Below, in pieces: positions 1-11,699 of a stretch of 64,000 nt of DNA. Each line of letters begins with the position of its first letter. The stretch's first letter is position 1. The DNA lies in assembly GCF_036321535.1 (NCBI RefSeq), contig NC_087444.1:43772001-43836000 (forward strand). The letters are read 5' to 3'. The position numbers and the translations under genes were made by a program. Origin of the DNA: Camelus dromedarius (lineage: Eukaryota). A model generated the notes under the pieces. That model was not told the DNA's origin. It made no database searches and was given only the letters and a program-made list of their open reading frames with translations.

Positions 1-2439
1 ATGGGGGGCACAGGTGCTCAGCAGGTACTGCCCTAACTCCAGCCTGCTGAGGGCTCTGCGGCCAGGGGACAGAAGTGGGCAGCGATCCCCAGGTCACCGC
101 TGACCCCCCAACCCCGTCTCAAAGTAGGGGAGGGGCTGTGCTCAAGCCCCTGCTGCTCCTACCAGTAAAGACTGTCCCTTACCTAAGGTGCTTTTTCCTC
201 CCTGTCACGTAGAATCTCGCAGGCAGGGTGAGCCAAGCAGATGAACCTTTGTTTCTCAAGTGGGGAAACCGAGGCCCAGGGAGTTCAGTAAGTGTCAGAG
301 CAGGGGGGCCTCCTCCACAAGGGCCATTGTCCAGTGGGAGACCAGGAAGTTTCTGAAGAGAGAGCTCTGGGGCCAGGAGGCCCCTGCCTGCCTGCAGCCC
401 AGGGTGGGAGGCTGCTGCTGCAGGAGACCCCACCCATCCTGGTTCTTTCAGCCATTTCTTTCCTGAGCTCCAAACCCCATCCCTTAAGTATGTATAGATG
501 CATCTGGCGAGTGGCTGGCCCAGACAAGGAGATGTGGGGCCATCAAGAGTCTGAGGGGAAGGCCCCTGTTCCCTAGAGGAGGCCATAAATGCAGCAGTCA
601 AGGGCTGAGAATCTGCTGGGGGCCAGGCTATCCACTTTTGCCACCCCATTCAATGCTCACAAGTGCCTGATCCCCATTACACAGCAAGATTCAGAGAGGA
701 TGAGTGGCCCACCCAGGGGCACACAGCTAGTCTATGGCCAGAACTGGAGCCTGTAAGTAGTGCTACTGGACCAGGCTCTTTGTGAAGTAGCACCAGCGGC
801 TCTTGGCCTGAGGCTGGAGACGCTGGGTTCTGGCCCTTCTCGGGAACAGTGCCCAGCACAGCACTGGGGGAGGGTGTCTAATCCTCCCCACACTGCACAT
901 CCCCGGCTGGGTGTGGGCGCTGGGCCACGTCAGCAGGGCTGCCCCCCAGGACTGCTGAGACAACGCCAAGGCAGGCCTGCAGGGAGGGTGAGTCTGGGAA
1001 GGAGCCGCCAGATCAATACTGTGCATTAAGTAGCTGTGGGGGCGGGGGCCAGCACCCGGCCTCTGCCACCTCAGCCAGCTCCTCCTGCTCAGATCAGCAG
1101 AGCCCCCTCCCATCCAGCCTTATCAGACCCTGTGTGATAAGGACAATCTCTCCTGGCTCTGCTCAGCTTCTGTTACCCATGGCTCTCTCTGCAGGCCAAG
1201 CAGACCCTGGCAGGGCTGCCCAGACAGGCACAAAAGGTGTCTTGTCAGGTCCGCCAGCAGTAGACACAGACCTTTCACAGTAAAAGGTGTCCTGAGGTCC
1301 TTATTGTGCCCGTCACCTTACCCCCATCCCAGTCTGAGGGAGCAGGCCAATGCCTCGCCTGGCTCTGCGCTCCTGGCCATGCCAGGCATCGGGCCTGTGC
1401 TGAATGGGATGATGAGTCCTGGGGAGCTGGATGGAGAGGCAGAGTGTGCACTCCAGAACCATCGTGTCCACACCTGCCCGTTTATCAGCTAGGTGACCCC
1501 AAGCAGGCCCTAGACTCCCCCAGTCTCAGACTGGGAGGGACCTCAAGGCCATCATCCAGCTACCTCACTGAAGCCTCCATGGACCACACTGGGACCACGG
1601 GGACCCCTGAAGAGGTGGGCGCTCACTGTCGCCAAGGTAGTGCATTCTGTCTTTGGGCGGCAATGTCTATTAGAAGGCTCTCCCTCAGGCTGGAGCAGAA
1701 ATCTGCCTCCCAGTGACATCTGCCCCTTGGTACAAACTACTTGTCCACATATCAGGCCTCTGAGTAGTGGAAGAGGGCTAAGACATCTCTGAGCCCCCAA
1801 CACTTACTTGGCAACATGGGGTCCCAATTATAGCTGCCACATTGAGTTGAGAGCACAGATGTCATAACTAGTCCCAAGGCCAGTGAAGAAAGGGGCACCA
1901 AGCCAGGCCACCCCATCCTTCTTGGGTTTACTCCCTTTAGAGGCAGCATGGTCCACGTTTAAGCAGTTCTAGAAGAACACATTTGCTCATTTGTGGTTCA
2001 AATCTAATCCCCCAAGATGGGAAAGTTGCAGGTGGGGAAGGGGCTCTGGATGGTGGGGTGGGGAGAACCGGTGGGGTGGGAGCTGTCCAGCCAGGGAAGC
2101 AGGAAGGAGATGGATGCCACTTCTTTACCGTGTGGCTCCCAGCCTGCCCTGCACTCCTGAACCTAGAGGGAAAACAGACAGGTCCTTTGGCCAGTGGGCG
2201 GGCAGGGGTGGGGTGAACAGAACCCTGTTTGCTAGTGGTTTCGGGTTGGCTGGGGGCCAGACCTGGGGCCTTACCTGGAAAACCCCCTGTAGGTGTTGTC
2301 TATTCCGTGAGGCTGCCTTCCAGGCAGAGCCTGGGTGGCTGCACAGGTCAGGGGAGGGCTCCGGGCTCACGTGGCTGAGGGCAGCTCCAGCCTGGCGGCA
2401 CTTCCAAAGCATGACACGCGGGGCTCTGACCTGCAGCCT

Positions 2440-2860
2440 TTAACCCAGCGTGGGGGCTGGGAGCTCAGGCTCAAAGCCACACTGACCAGGTTTAAATCAC
2501 AGCTCTGCCACCACCTCAGGCTGGGGAATCAGGGTAGTTCCTCTCACCTCAGAGTCTCAGTTTCCCTTTCTGTACAATGGGGTCATAAACTTACAACGTT
2601 AACACCAGGATGAAATGTGAAAATGCTTACAAAACACCCCTAGGCCCTGCCCAGGATAGAACTGAGTATGTTGAAGGTGTTCAACATAATACCTGGTCTC
2701 GCTGGGCCCAACGTGAAGGACACAGTGCATAGCGTTCGGCATTTTATACATAAATGCACTAAATTTCCCCAATAATTCCATCCAGTAGATACTATTACTC
2801 ATCTCATTTTGTAGATAAGGAAAGTGAGGCTCAGACAGGTTCAGTGACTTGCCCAATAGC
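2440..2860. mobile_element. MIR SINE fragments (one + and one -)
   Basis: MIR core motifs ctcagtttccctttctgtacaatgggg and cattttgtagataaggaaagtgaggctcaga. Confidence 0.6.
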
Positions 2861-3743
2861 AAATGCCACCTGCATCTCACTGTCACTGCTATGTTTGCCG
2901 CTGTTTTGCAAGAGCCTCCTGTGGATCAGGAGCCATGCTCATATGTCCCCTCTGGGGTGGCAGTTGCTCCTGGGAGAAGGACATGGTGGTGTCCAGAGCT
3001 AAGGGCTGGTCCTGGAGAGCCGATCCAGCCCTGGCCTCCAGGCTCTGTGGCTATCAGATGGGGCATTGCTGAAGGCTGGCTACTGGCTAGGACCCAGATC
3101 CCCATCTATCTGTCCAGACACTGGAGGCTGAGTTGGGTCTTTTTGCTCATTTCCTGCTGTTCCAACAGGGAAGTGGGATCTGGGAAGAGGGATCCCTCTT
3201 TGTCTCTCTGATCCAGGCCCATCTTATACAGCCCTGCTGTTCTTGCCCAGGGCTGCAAAGCCTGCACAACCTCCCCTAAAGGGCCCAGGTGTCCCTCAAA
3301 CCAGTGGTTTTCTGGGGGCTGACTTGATGGTGGGGGGGGGGGTCCAGCTAGAAGGCGCCTATTGTGTGCCTCAGGCCCGAAGTGTTCAGCTACCTTCAGG
3401 ATCCCAGGTCCTCACATTCATCTGTGGAGTCCTCCCAGGACTCTGAGATGGAGAAGGAGTCAGCAGAGAGCCCCCAAGCCCTCTCTGCTTCTCCTGACTC
3501 AGAGAACACCTCTCCATGCCCAAAGCAGAGCTGGGCATGGGGCTTGGTTTTTGCCTGAGTGGCCAGCTGTCTGAACTACATAAATCTTGGGACAATACTG
3601 AAGATGCCAACTNNNNNNNNNNNNNNNNNNNNNNNNNNNNNNNNNNNNNNNNNNNNNNNNNNNNNNNNNNNNNNNNNNNNNNNNNNNNNNNNNNNNNNNN
3701 NNNNNNNNNNNNNNNNNNNNNNNNNNNNNNNNNNNNNNNNNNN

Positions 3744-3946
3744 CCTCCTTCAAGCTGCAAACTGCCAACTTCTTGCTGTGTCCTCACATGGGGGAAGGGG
3801 CAAAGGAGCTTTTTCAGACAGTTTTTATAAGAGCGCTAATCCCACTCATGAGGGCTCTGCCCTCATGACCTAATCACCTCCAAATATAATCACCTTGGAA
3901 GTTAGGTTTTGACATATGAATTTTGGAGGGGATTCAGTTGATAGCA
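3744..3946 (-). mobile_element. MaLR LTR fragment (MLT1/MST-like); left part lost in N gap 3613-3743
   Basis: Contains ctaatcccactcatgagggctctgccctcatgacctaatcacctcc and acatatgaattttggagggga, typical of reverse-oriented MaLR LTRs. Confidence 0.7.
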
Positions 3947-6900
3947 CTAACTTTAACCTGAGCTGGGAAGCAGTGGCCTTCACAAGGACACTGGCAGCTG
4001 GCCTCAGGCAGAAGTCACACTCCCAGCTGGGCAAAGGTGCCAATGGCAGGGAACAAGTAACAAAAGGGGCGTGGAGGGGTGGCCAGAACCAGGCACTCAG
4101 CAGGGAGAGGCTTTTCCTTGCCGGGCAGCATTGCTGTTCTGAGGTGGCATCAGAGAACATGGGCAGGATTTGGAGGGATTTAGAGGAAGTCTTCTTTGGG
4201 GGACCTGGGTGTGTTTCTACATTGTTTCCTCTCCACCCTCCTTGGGGTGGGGCAAAGGAAGGCGTTTGTGTCCAGGAGTCAGAATGGGCAGGTCAGGTGA
4301 TAGGCAGACAAGGAGCACACACTGGGCTGTTCTTTGCAAGGAGGCAGCTGACTGACTAGACCCAGGGCAGCCCAAACATAGGGCCCTGGCAAAGGGCTGG
4401 GCATGAAGGGCAGAGCCCAATCAGATCCTGGGTCCTTGGCAGTGCCCATCAGCTCAGTTCTCTAGGTTTTGAAATAGTGTGGAGAGGAGTGGCTTGTTAG
4501 TGATAAGAGAACAGACCAAAAAGCAAAGAGGGAGAAGGAAGGAGAGACGATGCAGCTTCTATAGGTTGCCAAAGACAAGGCCCTCACATTAACCCCTTCT
4601 CCTCGAGGGTGGGCAGGGGGGCCCCTGCAGTTTCTGCTCCACAGTTAGGAATGGGTACTAATAAGAGGGCCTCAGTGGGGCCCCAGGGACCAGCATGGAA
4701 GTGTGGAGTCTGGAACACAAGAAGCCTGGGGCTGCAGCTCGCCAGCCAGACCTGAAGGTCAAAAGCAAAATTCGAGCTTTTTTGCTCTCCTGCTCAGCTG
4801 CCAGGTACGGGCAAGGAAGATATGCAGGAGACTGTTCAGAGAAGATGGGTGTGCCCATGTTTTAGTGGCAGTGGGACCACACCTGTGAACTCTTTAAGCC
4901 TGAGTCACCTCCATGGGGTGAAGGCAAGCCAGCTAAGGACCCAGAGGTGTGTCTGGGGAGGAGGAAGAAGGGAAAGTGTGGAGAGACCAAAGCTTCTCCG
5001 GGTGAAAACCAAAGGCACTTAAGTGGGCTAGGAGGTGCTGTGGCCAGAATGAGCAGGACAGAGATCTGAAGGGGAGACTGGACTCAGGTTGGGGAGGCCA
5101 GGAGCTACAGCTGGTACCTGTCAGGCAGGGCTACGCAGGCAGAATGGCTGGAGACTGGGAGCTGACAGCCAAGGGAGGGAGTGCGACAGGGCAGAGTAGC
5201 TCAGCGGTGGCTTCCCCAAGGAAGACAGCCTTCTCCAGGCTGGGGCCTGGCAGGTTGCAGGTGTCTGCTGGCTCCTAGCACATGCCAGACTCCCTGATTC
5301 CTTAGTCTGATGAAACCACTCTGGTTTCTGCCCTGTGAGGGGGAGAGAGGGAGAGGGTCTGGCCTTGGCTCAATTGCCAAGCTTCTCAGAAGGTCCCAGT
5401 CATGACCTGACCTGAGGTCTGAAGCTGTGGTCAAGGACCAAAGCCCTGCTCCAAGGGATGAGGGCTCTGGACACAGGGTGAAGCCAGGCCCAGGAGTATC
5501 TGAAGCTGGTCCTTAGATAGTGTAGATCTGGGAACAATTTTCCCACAGCCTTGGGGCAAATAGGCTGGCTGCTGAAGCCATTCAACTCTTTGGGCTCTAA
5601 TCTGGCCAGACTTAATGCAACTCCAGGGAACAGCCTGCACCCCGAAGCCAACTCTAGGATCTGGGATAGCCCATCTGTCTCTAGCCCTCCATCTACGCTG
5701 GCTTCCAACATTCAAGGGTCTCCTGTACCTTCCAGAGTTTCTTCTAGCAACAGCCCAAATCAACTTTTCTCCCGAGGAGAGGGGCTGCAGGTCAGTCAGA
5801 ATCTTTAGCCAGTGTCACCACAGGTGTAGGGCCATGACCTGTGGCCCCAATACAGGCCCTGGGCTATGGGTACTCACTCAGCTGGGAGAAGAGGTGGGTG
5901 ATGGAGTAACAGAAGCAAAAGAAAGAGAGAATGAAGGCCCTCAGAGCACAGGTCCCAGTGCCCCAGCTCCTGGCCATCTAAGATGTGAATTCACAATGCC
6001 TGACCACCAAATTCCTGTTTGGTTCAGAATAGCTTTCTGTGCAGAGATGCCATTCCTAAATAGATTATAAACTCCTCAGGGGTGGGTCTGTGACTTGCAG
6101 TTCTTTGGTATTCACCTCCAGAGAGTGGCAGGTGGGCCCTGACAGCACTCTCTACCCAGTACCTGAATGGCAGGCTGAAGGACAATCCCCACCAGCAGGA
6201 GCCTCCTATAAGCCCCTGTCTTTGTGAATGGGGGAAGGGAGTGGAAGAGCTGGACTGGGCTGGAGCTGGGCTCCAACTCTGCCTCCTGCCAGGGCCTGGC
6301 TCCCTGTAGCTTTCCCTGGCCAGGCCAGAGAGGGAGGGCAGAGCAGGTGGGGAACTGGCTGGGAGGTGTAACTTGAGCTGGGAGGAATTCCCTGCCCTTC
6401 CTCCGTGCTTTTATTAAAGTAGGGCGGGGAAGGGCAGGCTTCCATCGGAAAAATCTCCCAGGCAGCCGGGGAGGTGGGGAAGCTGCCGGGGGCTGGGAGG
6501 GAGCACCCGCCTGGCTGCAAATAGAAACGGGACTCAAGCCTGCAGCAGTACAGGCGGCAGGAGGCCCCGGGCGGGCTCAAGGGCACCCAGGCCCGAGCCT
6601 ACTGGAGCCCGCGCAGAGGCGGGTGTCTCCCCGCCACGAACCCAATTCTCTCTTCTCTGGGGCGGGGAACAGGGTCTTGGAAGTAGGAAAAGAACTCGCT
6701 TTTGCCCTGGGTCAGTGGAACTGGTGCCCTTACTGTTCCTGCTCGGGAGGACGGCGCTCGGCGACCCCAGCGAGCCAGGGGCGCTGGCTGGACCCAGTTC
6801 TGCGCCAGGAGGCCGCGCCTGATTACCCGCGGGACAGATCCAGAGATGGGCATCCGTAGGGGTGTCAGGCGGACTCCTGGAGAAAAGATAGATGTTCGGA

Positions 6901-7561
6901 GTCCGCCCTCTTGGACCCGGGCCTTGGTGTAGGGGTGCTAGTGGGAGAAAGCGCCGGGGGTGACAGGATCTCCGTCTTAGATCCCACCTGGCCGTGGCGC
7001 GGCTTGCGCGCAAGAGCCCAAGAAAGTCTCCAAAGCGCCCCCTCAATCCTGCTGCCTCGGAGGTTCGCACCCCTCCCCCTATCCCGGCCTGCATGCGCGG
7101 CTTTGTGCCACCCAAACTAGAGGCTACCTAGGTGGGAGCGCTGCCTGCTTTGTCCAAGCCCCCCCCCAACAGTCCCCTCCCCACTCGCAAAGAACGTCAC
7201 TGCGCGTCCGCAGGGCTCTCGAGGAATCAGACGTCCGGGAGGGAGGGAAGGAGGGGAGCAATGGCTGGGCCGGCAAAAGCGGTTCCTGGGACGCGGGCTG
7301 GGAAGGATCAGCGCCTAGGGCAGGGCAGTAGGGGTAGAGAGTGGGCGCAAGCCCTACGCCCTCCAGGGTTTGGGAGAGGCGCACCGCCAAGGGCCAGCTG
7401 GGGAGGGGCAGCTTGCCCGGTCCCCTTTCTCCCCATCTCCGGGACAGGGTCTCACCTCCGCGCCCTTCCCCATCCCTCCACGCTTCAGGCTGCGGGCGTG
7501 GCTCTCTCCCAACCTCCAAGTCCCCCAACCCGCCTCAAAGGGGCTGGACGGGGGACCTTAC

Positions 7562-7723
7562 CTCGGCATTGACTTCTGCGTCCTCCGCCGCTGCGCCGCG
7601 GCCCAAGCAGCCCAGAAGCACCAGCAGCAGAGGCAGCAATCGCGGCCGCGCCGCCGCTTCCCGGCCTCCAAGGAGACAGCCCGCCCAGCCCAGCCGTCTG
7701 GGCGCGCTCCGGTCGCTGCCCAT
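7562..7723 (-). CDS. MMP15: Matrix metalloproteinase 15 (MT2-MMP), coding exon 1 (54 codons); remaining exons lie left of the window
   Basis: MGSDRSAPRRLGWAGCLLGGREAAARPRLLPLLLVLLGCLGRGAAAEDAEVNAE signal/pro region, followed by GTAAG donor at 7561; 162 nt, phase 0; synteny with USB1. Confidence 0.93.
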
Positions 7724-8060
7724 GCTCTCGGAGCCCAGCCGGGCCCGGAGCGCTGCAAGCGGGGATCGCCCGCTCACCGGCGCCGGGTCCTCGCACTCGG
7801 GTCGGAAACTTGCGACGCTCCCTGGCTCCTCGCCCGGCGGGCGCGCGGCAGACCTCCCGGTCGCAGTCGTCGCCGGAGCCACTTAGGTCTCCTCGACAAA
7901 TTCCCACGCCCGAGGAGAAGCGGGCCGGGCAGGTCCCGCCGCGCAGAGCCGGCCCACGGGGGAGAGGGAGGGCCGGAGCCGCCTGCCGCGGGGTCCAGCA
8001 GCCTCGGCTCCCGGGGCCGGGCTCCCGAGAGCAAGCGCAACTCCTGAGCCTTTGTCTGGC

Positions 8061-8120
8061 TCAGCGCTCCGGCCGCCCTGTCCCGCGGCGCCCCCTGCGC
8101 GCCCAGCTCCTTCTGTCCAT
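8061..8120 (-). other. Upstream ORF in presumed MMP15 5'UTR (MDRRSWARRGRRGTGRPER*)
   Basis: Only ATG on the minus strand between about 8340 and the main ATG; context gggcATGG. Confidence 0.55.
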
Positions 8121-9460
8121 GCCCGGGGCCGGGCGCTGCCCAGAGCGCGCGCCTCTCGCCCGTGGACTCTGCTCGCCCCGCGCCCGACCGGGCCCGGGTC
8201 GCCGCACAGTCCAGGGATGAGGCGCAGGGAGCCGGTCGGAGCGAGTGAGCTAGCCAGGGAGCCAGCGCCTGACGTTCACAGCGAATTCCGCGCAGCTCCA
8301 GGCGATCCCGGCCCTCCTCCCTGCTCTCCACCGCCGCCGCTCTTAAAGGGCCAGTGCTCTCTCAGCGCGCGGACCCGGGCGTGGACCGGGGGCGGTACCT
8401 CAGCCAGAGGCTTCTTGGTAGCAGGTGCCGGCGGTGGAGCTGGACAGGCGACCCTTTTACTCTTCCCAGACCTGGGGTCCTCCCCAGCCCGCCCCTGTCA
8501 CTCCCATCCTTGATTTGGAGGAGCCGGGTAGAACCCCCCCAAAGCGGCCCGCCTCACAGAAGGAGGGGCAAGAAGAAATGAAGACTTCTGTTTATCCCGC
8601 CTAGTGGGTGGGTGGGGATACTGAGGCAGCAGTGGGCAGTAAGAAGGGCGGGGGAGGAGGGACCCAAGTGTCTGTTCTTAGGCTAAAAATAAATAAATAA
8701 ATGAATAATAAAAAATCTAGAGATTAGTTGGCCTGAAACCTCTTTTCAAAAGCCTGAGGGTGTCTTTGGCACTTCAGGACTTGTCTCCGTTGCCGTCAGG
8801 CGTACGGTGCCTTGGATACGGAGTGCCGAGCGACAGAGGCGCGGTTGCAGTCCTGGGTTGTCACAGACCTGAGGCATGGAGATGGGCAAGTTACTTAACT
8901 TTTCCGAGCCTCCAAATTCTTATCTGGAACGCCGGGCAAAGGGCTGGGGTGAGGGGTTAGGTATGCTTCTAGTGGCTCACCTAGCACACATTAGGGGTCC
9001 AAGCAAAGAACACTATTTTGTGCAAATGAAATGTAACAATGCAGCACCACAGGTGCTGGGCGGGCGGGCAAAAAACCCTGCGGAGCGGAGCTTTAAGTGC
9101 TAATTATATTCCAAGAGGAGCTTTAAATCCGGTCGGTTTGGATGCTGAAGGCTTGAGGTGGGAAGCCTGGATCTAAGGTCCACAGAGACTGCATATCCAG
9201 ACCTAGGGAAGTACGGGGCCCAACAGACTGGCGGCCGGTTCAGGAGGTGAAGGCGCCGCTGAGAGGGCAGGAAGGCGGAAAACTTCCCTCTTGGCCTCCA
9301 CCTCCCAGCCTCGGAAATGAGAGCTTTCCTTACCTGAGGGCGGGTTTCTCTAGAGTAAGTCCTCAGATCACCCAGCAGGCCTCAAGTTTTAGGAATCTGC
9401 CAAGTCTGGCAGAGCTTCAGAAATGGCCAGTTTACCGACATGCCAGGTGAAAAAGAGCAC

Positions 9461-9852
9461 TGTTAAGGGAACAGGCAGGAGTTAAGGTGGTGAAGATAGA
9501 TTTTACTTTAAAAAATTACAATAGAGACTCTAATATAGAACTGGGCCTGATTCAAAATACAGCCAGAGCAAGTGGAGGGCGGGGCTGCATTGGTGGATGG
9601 AAAATTACTAAGAGGAGATGTCAAGTCTGGTGGGGATTCTGGCTGAAGGCAGGTAAGGGTGATCAGATATCCCCTGGGGGGCAGTGGGGATGCTGAGTTT
9701 GATCAGATATCATGGGTGGGGAATTCTGCTAAACTGACTTAGCAAGATTCTGGCTAAAACTGGATTCTAGAAGGAAGTACAGGGATGGGCCTTGTTGGGG
9801 AGAAGGTTCAAGGGAACTGACCAAAGTTTGGACAAGCAAAGAATCTTTGTCA
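9461..9852 (-). repeat. 3' LTR of the ERV1 provirus (internally deleted relative to the 5' LTR)
   Basis: Aligns by eye with 17330-17773; preceded on minus by polypurine tract AAAAAGGGGA (9855-9864). Confidence 0.9.
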
Positions 9853-10094
9853 GATCCCCTTTTTGTTCAAGGGAAGAAGAGGTATTCTTTTCTCTAATCA
9901 ATATACGTCCATTTCTCTTTGGTTGTTTTCTATTCATTTAGAACCAGCTGAATCATCTGTTGAGACTTGATGATGGTTGACAATAGCTGTACTGTATGAC
10001 ACACCGACATTTGATGAGAGGGATACCTTGAAGATAAATGCGAAGATGAGGACTAGAGGCTGAACTGGTCCTTGTGCCTAACTTCGCAGACCTT

Positions 10095-11500
10095 CTACCA
10101 GAACTCCCAGAATCTGTTGTCCTTCTTCAGTGGGTAGTGTGAGTGCAATGGCAGTGATGCGCACACTTCTTTGTTCACCTCTTGAACCTTCCTGGTTATG
10201 GCGGCGATGTCAGGTAGGTTGCTGGGGACAAAGGTGCAACAGTTGCTTCCGACCATTGTGCATGAGCCCCTCTTTTGGGTCATATACAGGGTGATGCATT
10301 TATGGAGAACAGCACTCTGGGTTTCTCGTTGTTGGTGAGTCACCAATTTGAGGCCAGTGGATGTTATTCGAGGACAAAGTGAATTGCTTCGGCAATGAGT
10401 AGATGATTCTGTTGTTGAGTCTAACTTCTTGAGCCAGGCGATAAGATTCTTGTGGATGGTACCCAAAAGGTGGCAAACCTTTGCCAGAAAAGTACTGAGG
10501 TCATGCATGGAATGAAGGCCCAGTTCTGTAGCTGTTTTTTCTGAATTGTCTCCCCAGGAACCAAGATCATTCACAAGGGGATCTGTGATGTCCCGGATCC
10601 CTTTTGTTCCTATAATGAGTGTGAGATGAACCTGAGGGAGGGGGTGGTTGTTTTAGAGATTATTTAAGACAGGAAGAAGATTGTGGGGCCTAGAGTGAGA
10701 TGAAGGGATTGGTAAATTGGCAAAGTGGCAAGATCTGGCCCAGTTGGCAGGTAACAGCCAATAAACTTGAGTTCCACAGACTAAAGAAGAATCACCTGAA
10801 GTTAGCCAGGGGGCATAGAGATAGGTATTTGATGATGGAGGGTAAACCAAAGGATGCTAAATTTGAGGGTGGAGACAAGATTTGTCTGAAGGAGGTCCCT
10901 GCGTGGTTAGGTTGGATCCCAGAAATTAGACTGAGAGGGGCAGTGGGATTATTTCCACTTATATGAGGGATATCCAGTGGCATGGGGGTTTTACGTTGGA
11001 TTCAGTGACAGCTAGGTAAATATAATGATGAATGCTCATTCTCAGAAAGGGGCCCATGGTAAAATGACGTGGCAACAGACATGACCCATGTGACAACAGA
11101 CTAGAATAGGTGCAGGGTTTTTCTCACAGTTGGGGATTGTACACTTTAAAATGGTGGAGGGAAAGAGAGGATGGGTTACAGCAAAACAGGTATTCTGATT
11201 GATCAAAGGGATCTGGGCAATACCATTTGTGCACACAGGAAAGGGAGGACCATACCAGCAGTCTGTGGCAATGAGTTCCTCCCAAGCTTAAAGGTTCTGT
11301 GGGCAAATAGTCTTGCTGAGAGGCAGGGGAAAACAGGGCGTGGGAGAGGAGCAGGAACTCATAACTTTAGGGATGGAGAGATAAAAATAAAGACTCATCT
11401 CAGGTGAGGACAAGTCATGGTGAACTCAGAGTTATTGTGGGAAGAGCAGGAAGGGTCTCCAGACAAATGGTAAGGACAAGAAGCAGAGGAGAAAGGGGGG
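10095..11500 (-). pseudogene. ERV env remnant (SU fragments, furin site, TM ectodomain)
   Basis: ATDCW (CWxC-like) at about 11255; LVCGTQVYWLLPANWARSC; RNKR furin site at about 10600; 159-codon open stretch 10095-10574 with CTMVGSNCC (CX6CC); multiple frameshifts and stops. Confidence 0.85.
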
Positions 11501-11699
11501 GGAGCACCCAGGTGGGTCTTGTTCCGTGGTCTTGAGTGGCAGCTGACCACCTCCTGACATCGTCTACTTGTTCCAAGTATCATGGAGGATCTGCTTCTGG
11601 CCGTCATCTGCTTGGTGTGGGGGGTTGCAGGGAGCTCTCTATTGAGCCTCAGTTTGAGGTCCCTGCTTGAAATCCTTCTGCAACCTGAAAAGCTCTTGT

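Larger units (their letters stand above)
6550..8560. promoter_or_regulatory. MMP15 promoter/exon 1 CpG island; TATA-like TTTAAGAG on minus at about 8340-8347
   Basis: Very high GC and CpG density spanning MMP15 exon 1; GC boxes. Confidence 0.8.

Noticed and set aside
6410-6418. Overlapping AATAAA(-)/ATTAAA(+) in MMP15 intron 1 as an intronic poly(A) site
   Set aside because: No U/GU-rich downstream element; cannot be supported from sequence alone
1-7561. Further MMP15 coding exons
   Set aside because: No NWLRLYGYL/PRCGVPD-type sequence found on minus; exon 2 lies outside the window
7341-8513. Many 130-225 aa ORFs over the MMP15 CpG island
   Set aside because: Stop-codon depletion in GC-rich DNA; low-complexity R/P/G/A translations
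11124-11306. WYCPDPFDQSEYLFCC resembling a Shisa cysteine motif
   Set aside because: Lies inside the decayed env SU, lacks the rest of the Shisa pattern and any exon structure; most likely coincidence
10095-11500. Captured syncytin-like env gene
   Set aside because: SU is split across frames, there is a frameshift after the furin site, the ISD is degenerate and there is a stop before the anchor
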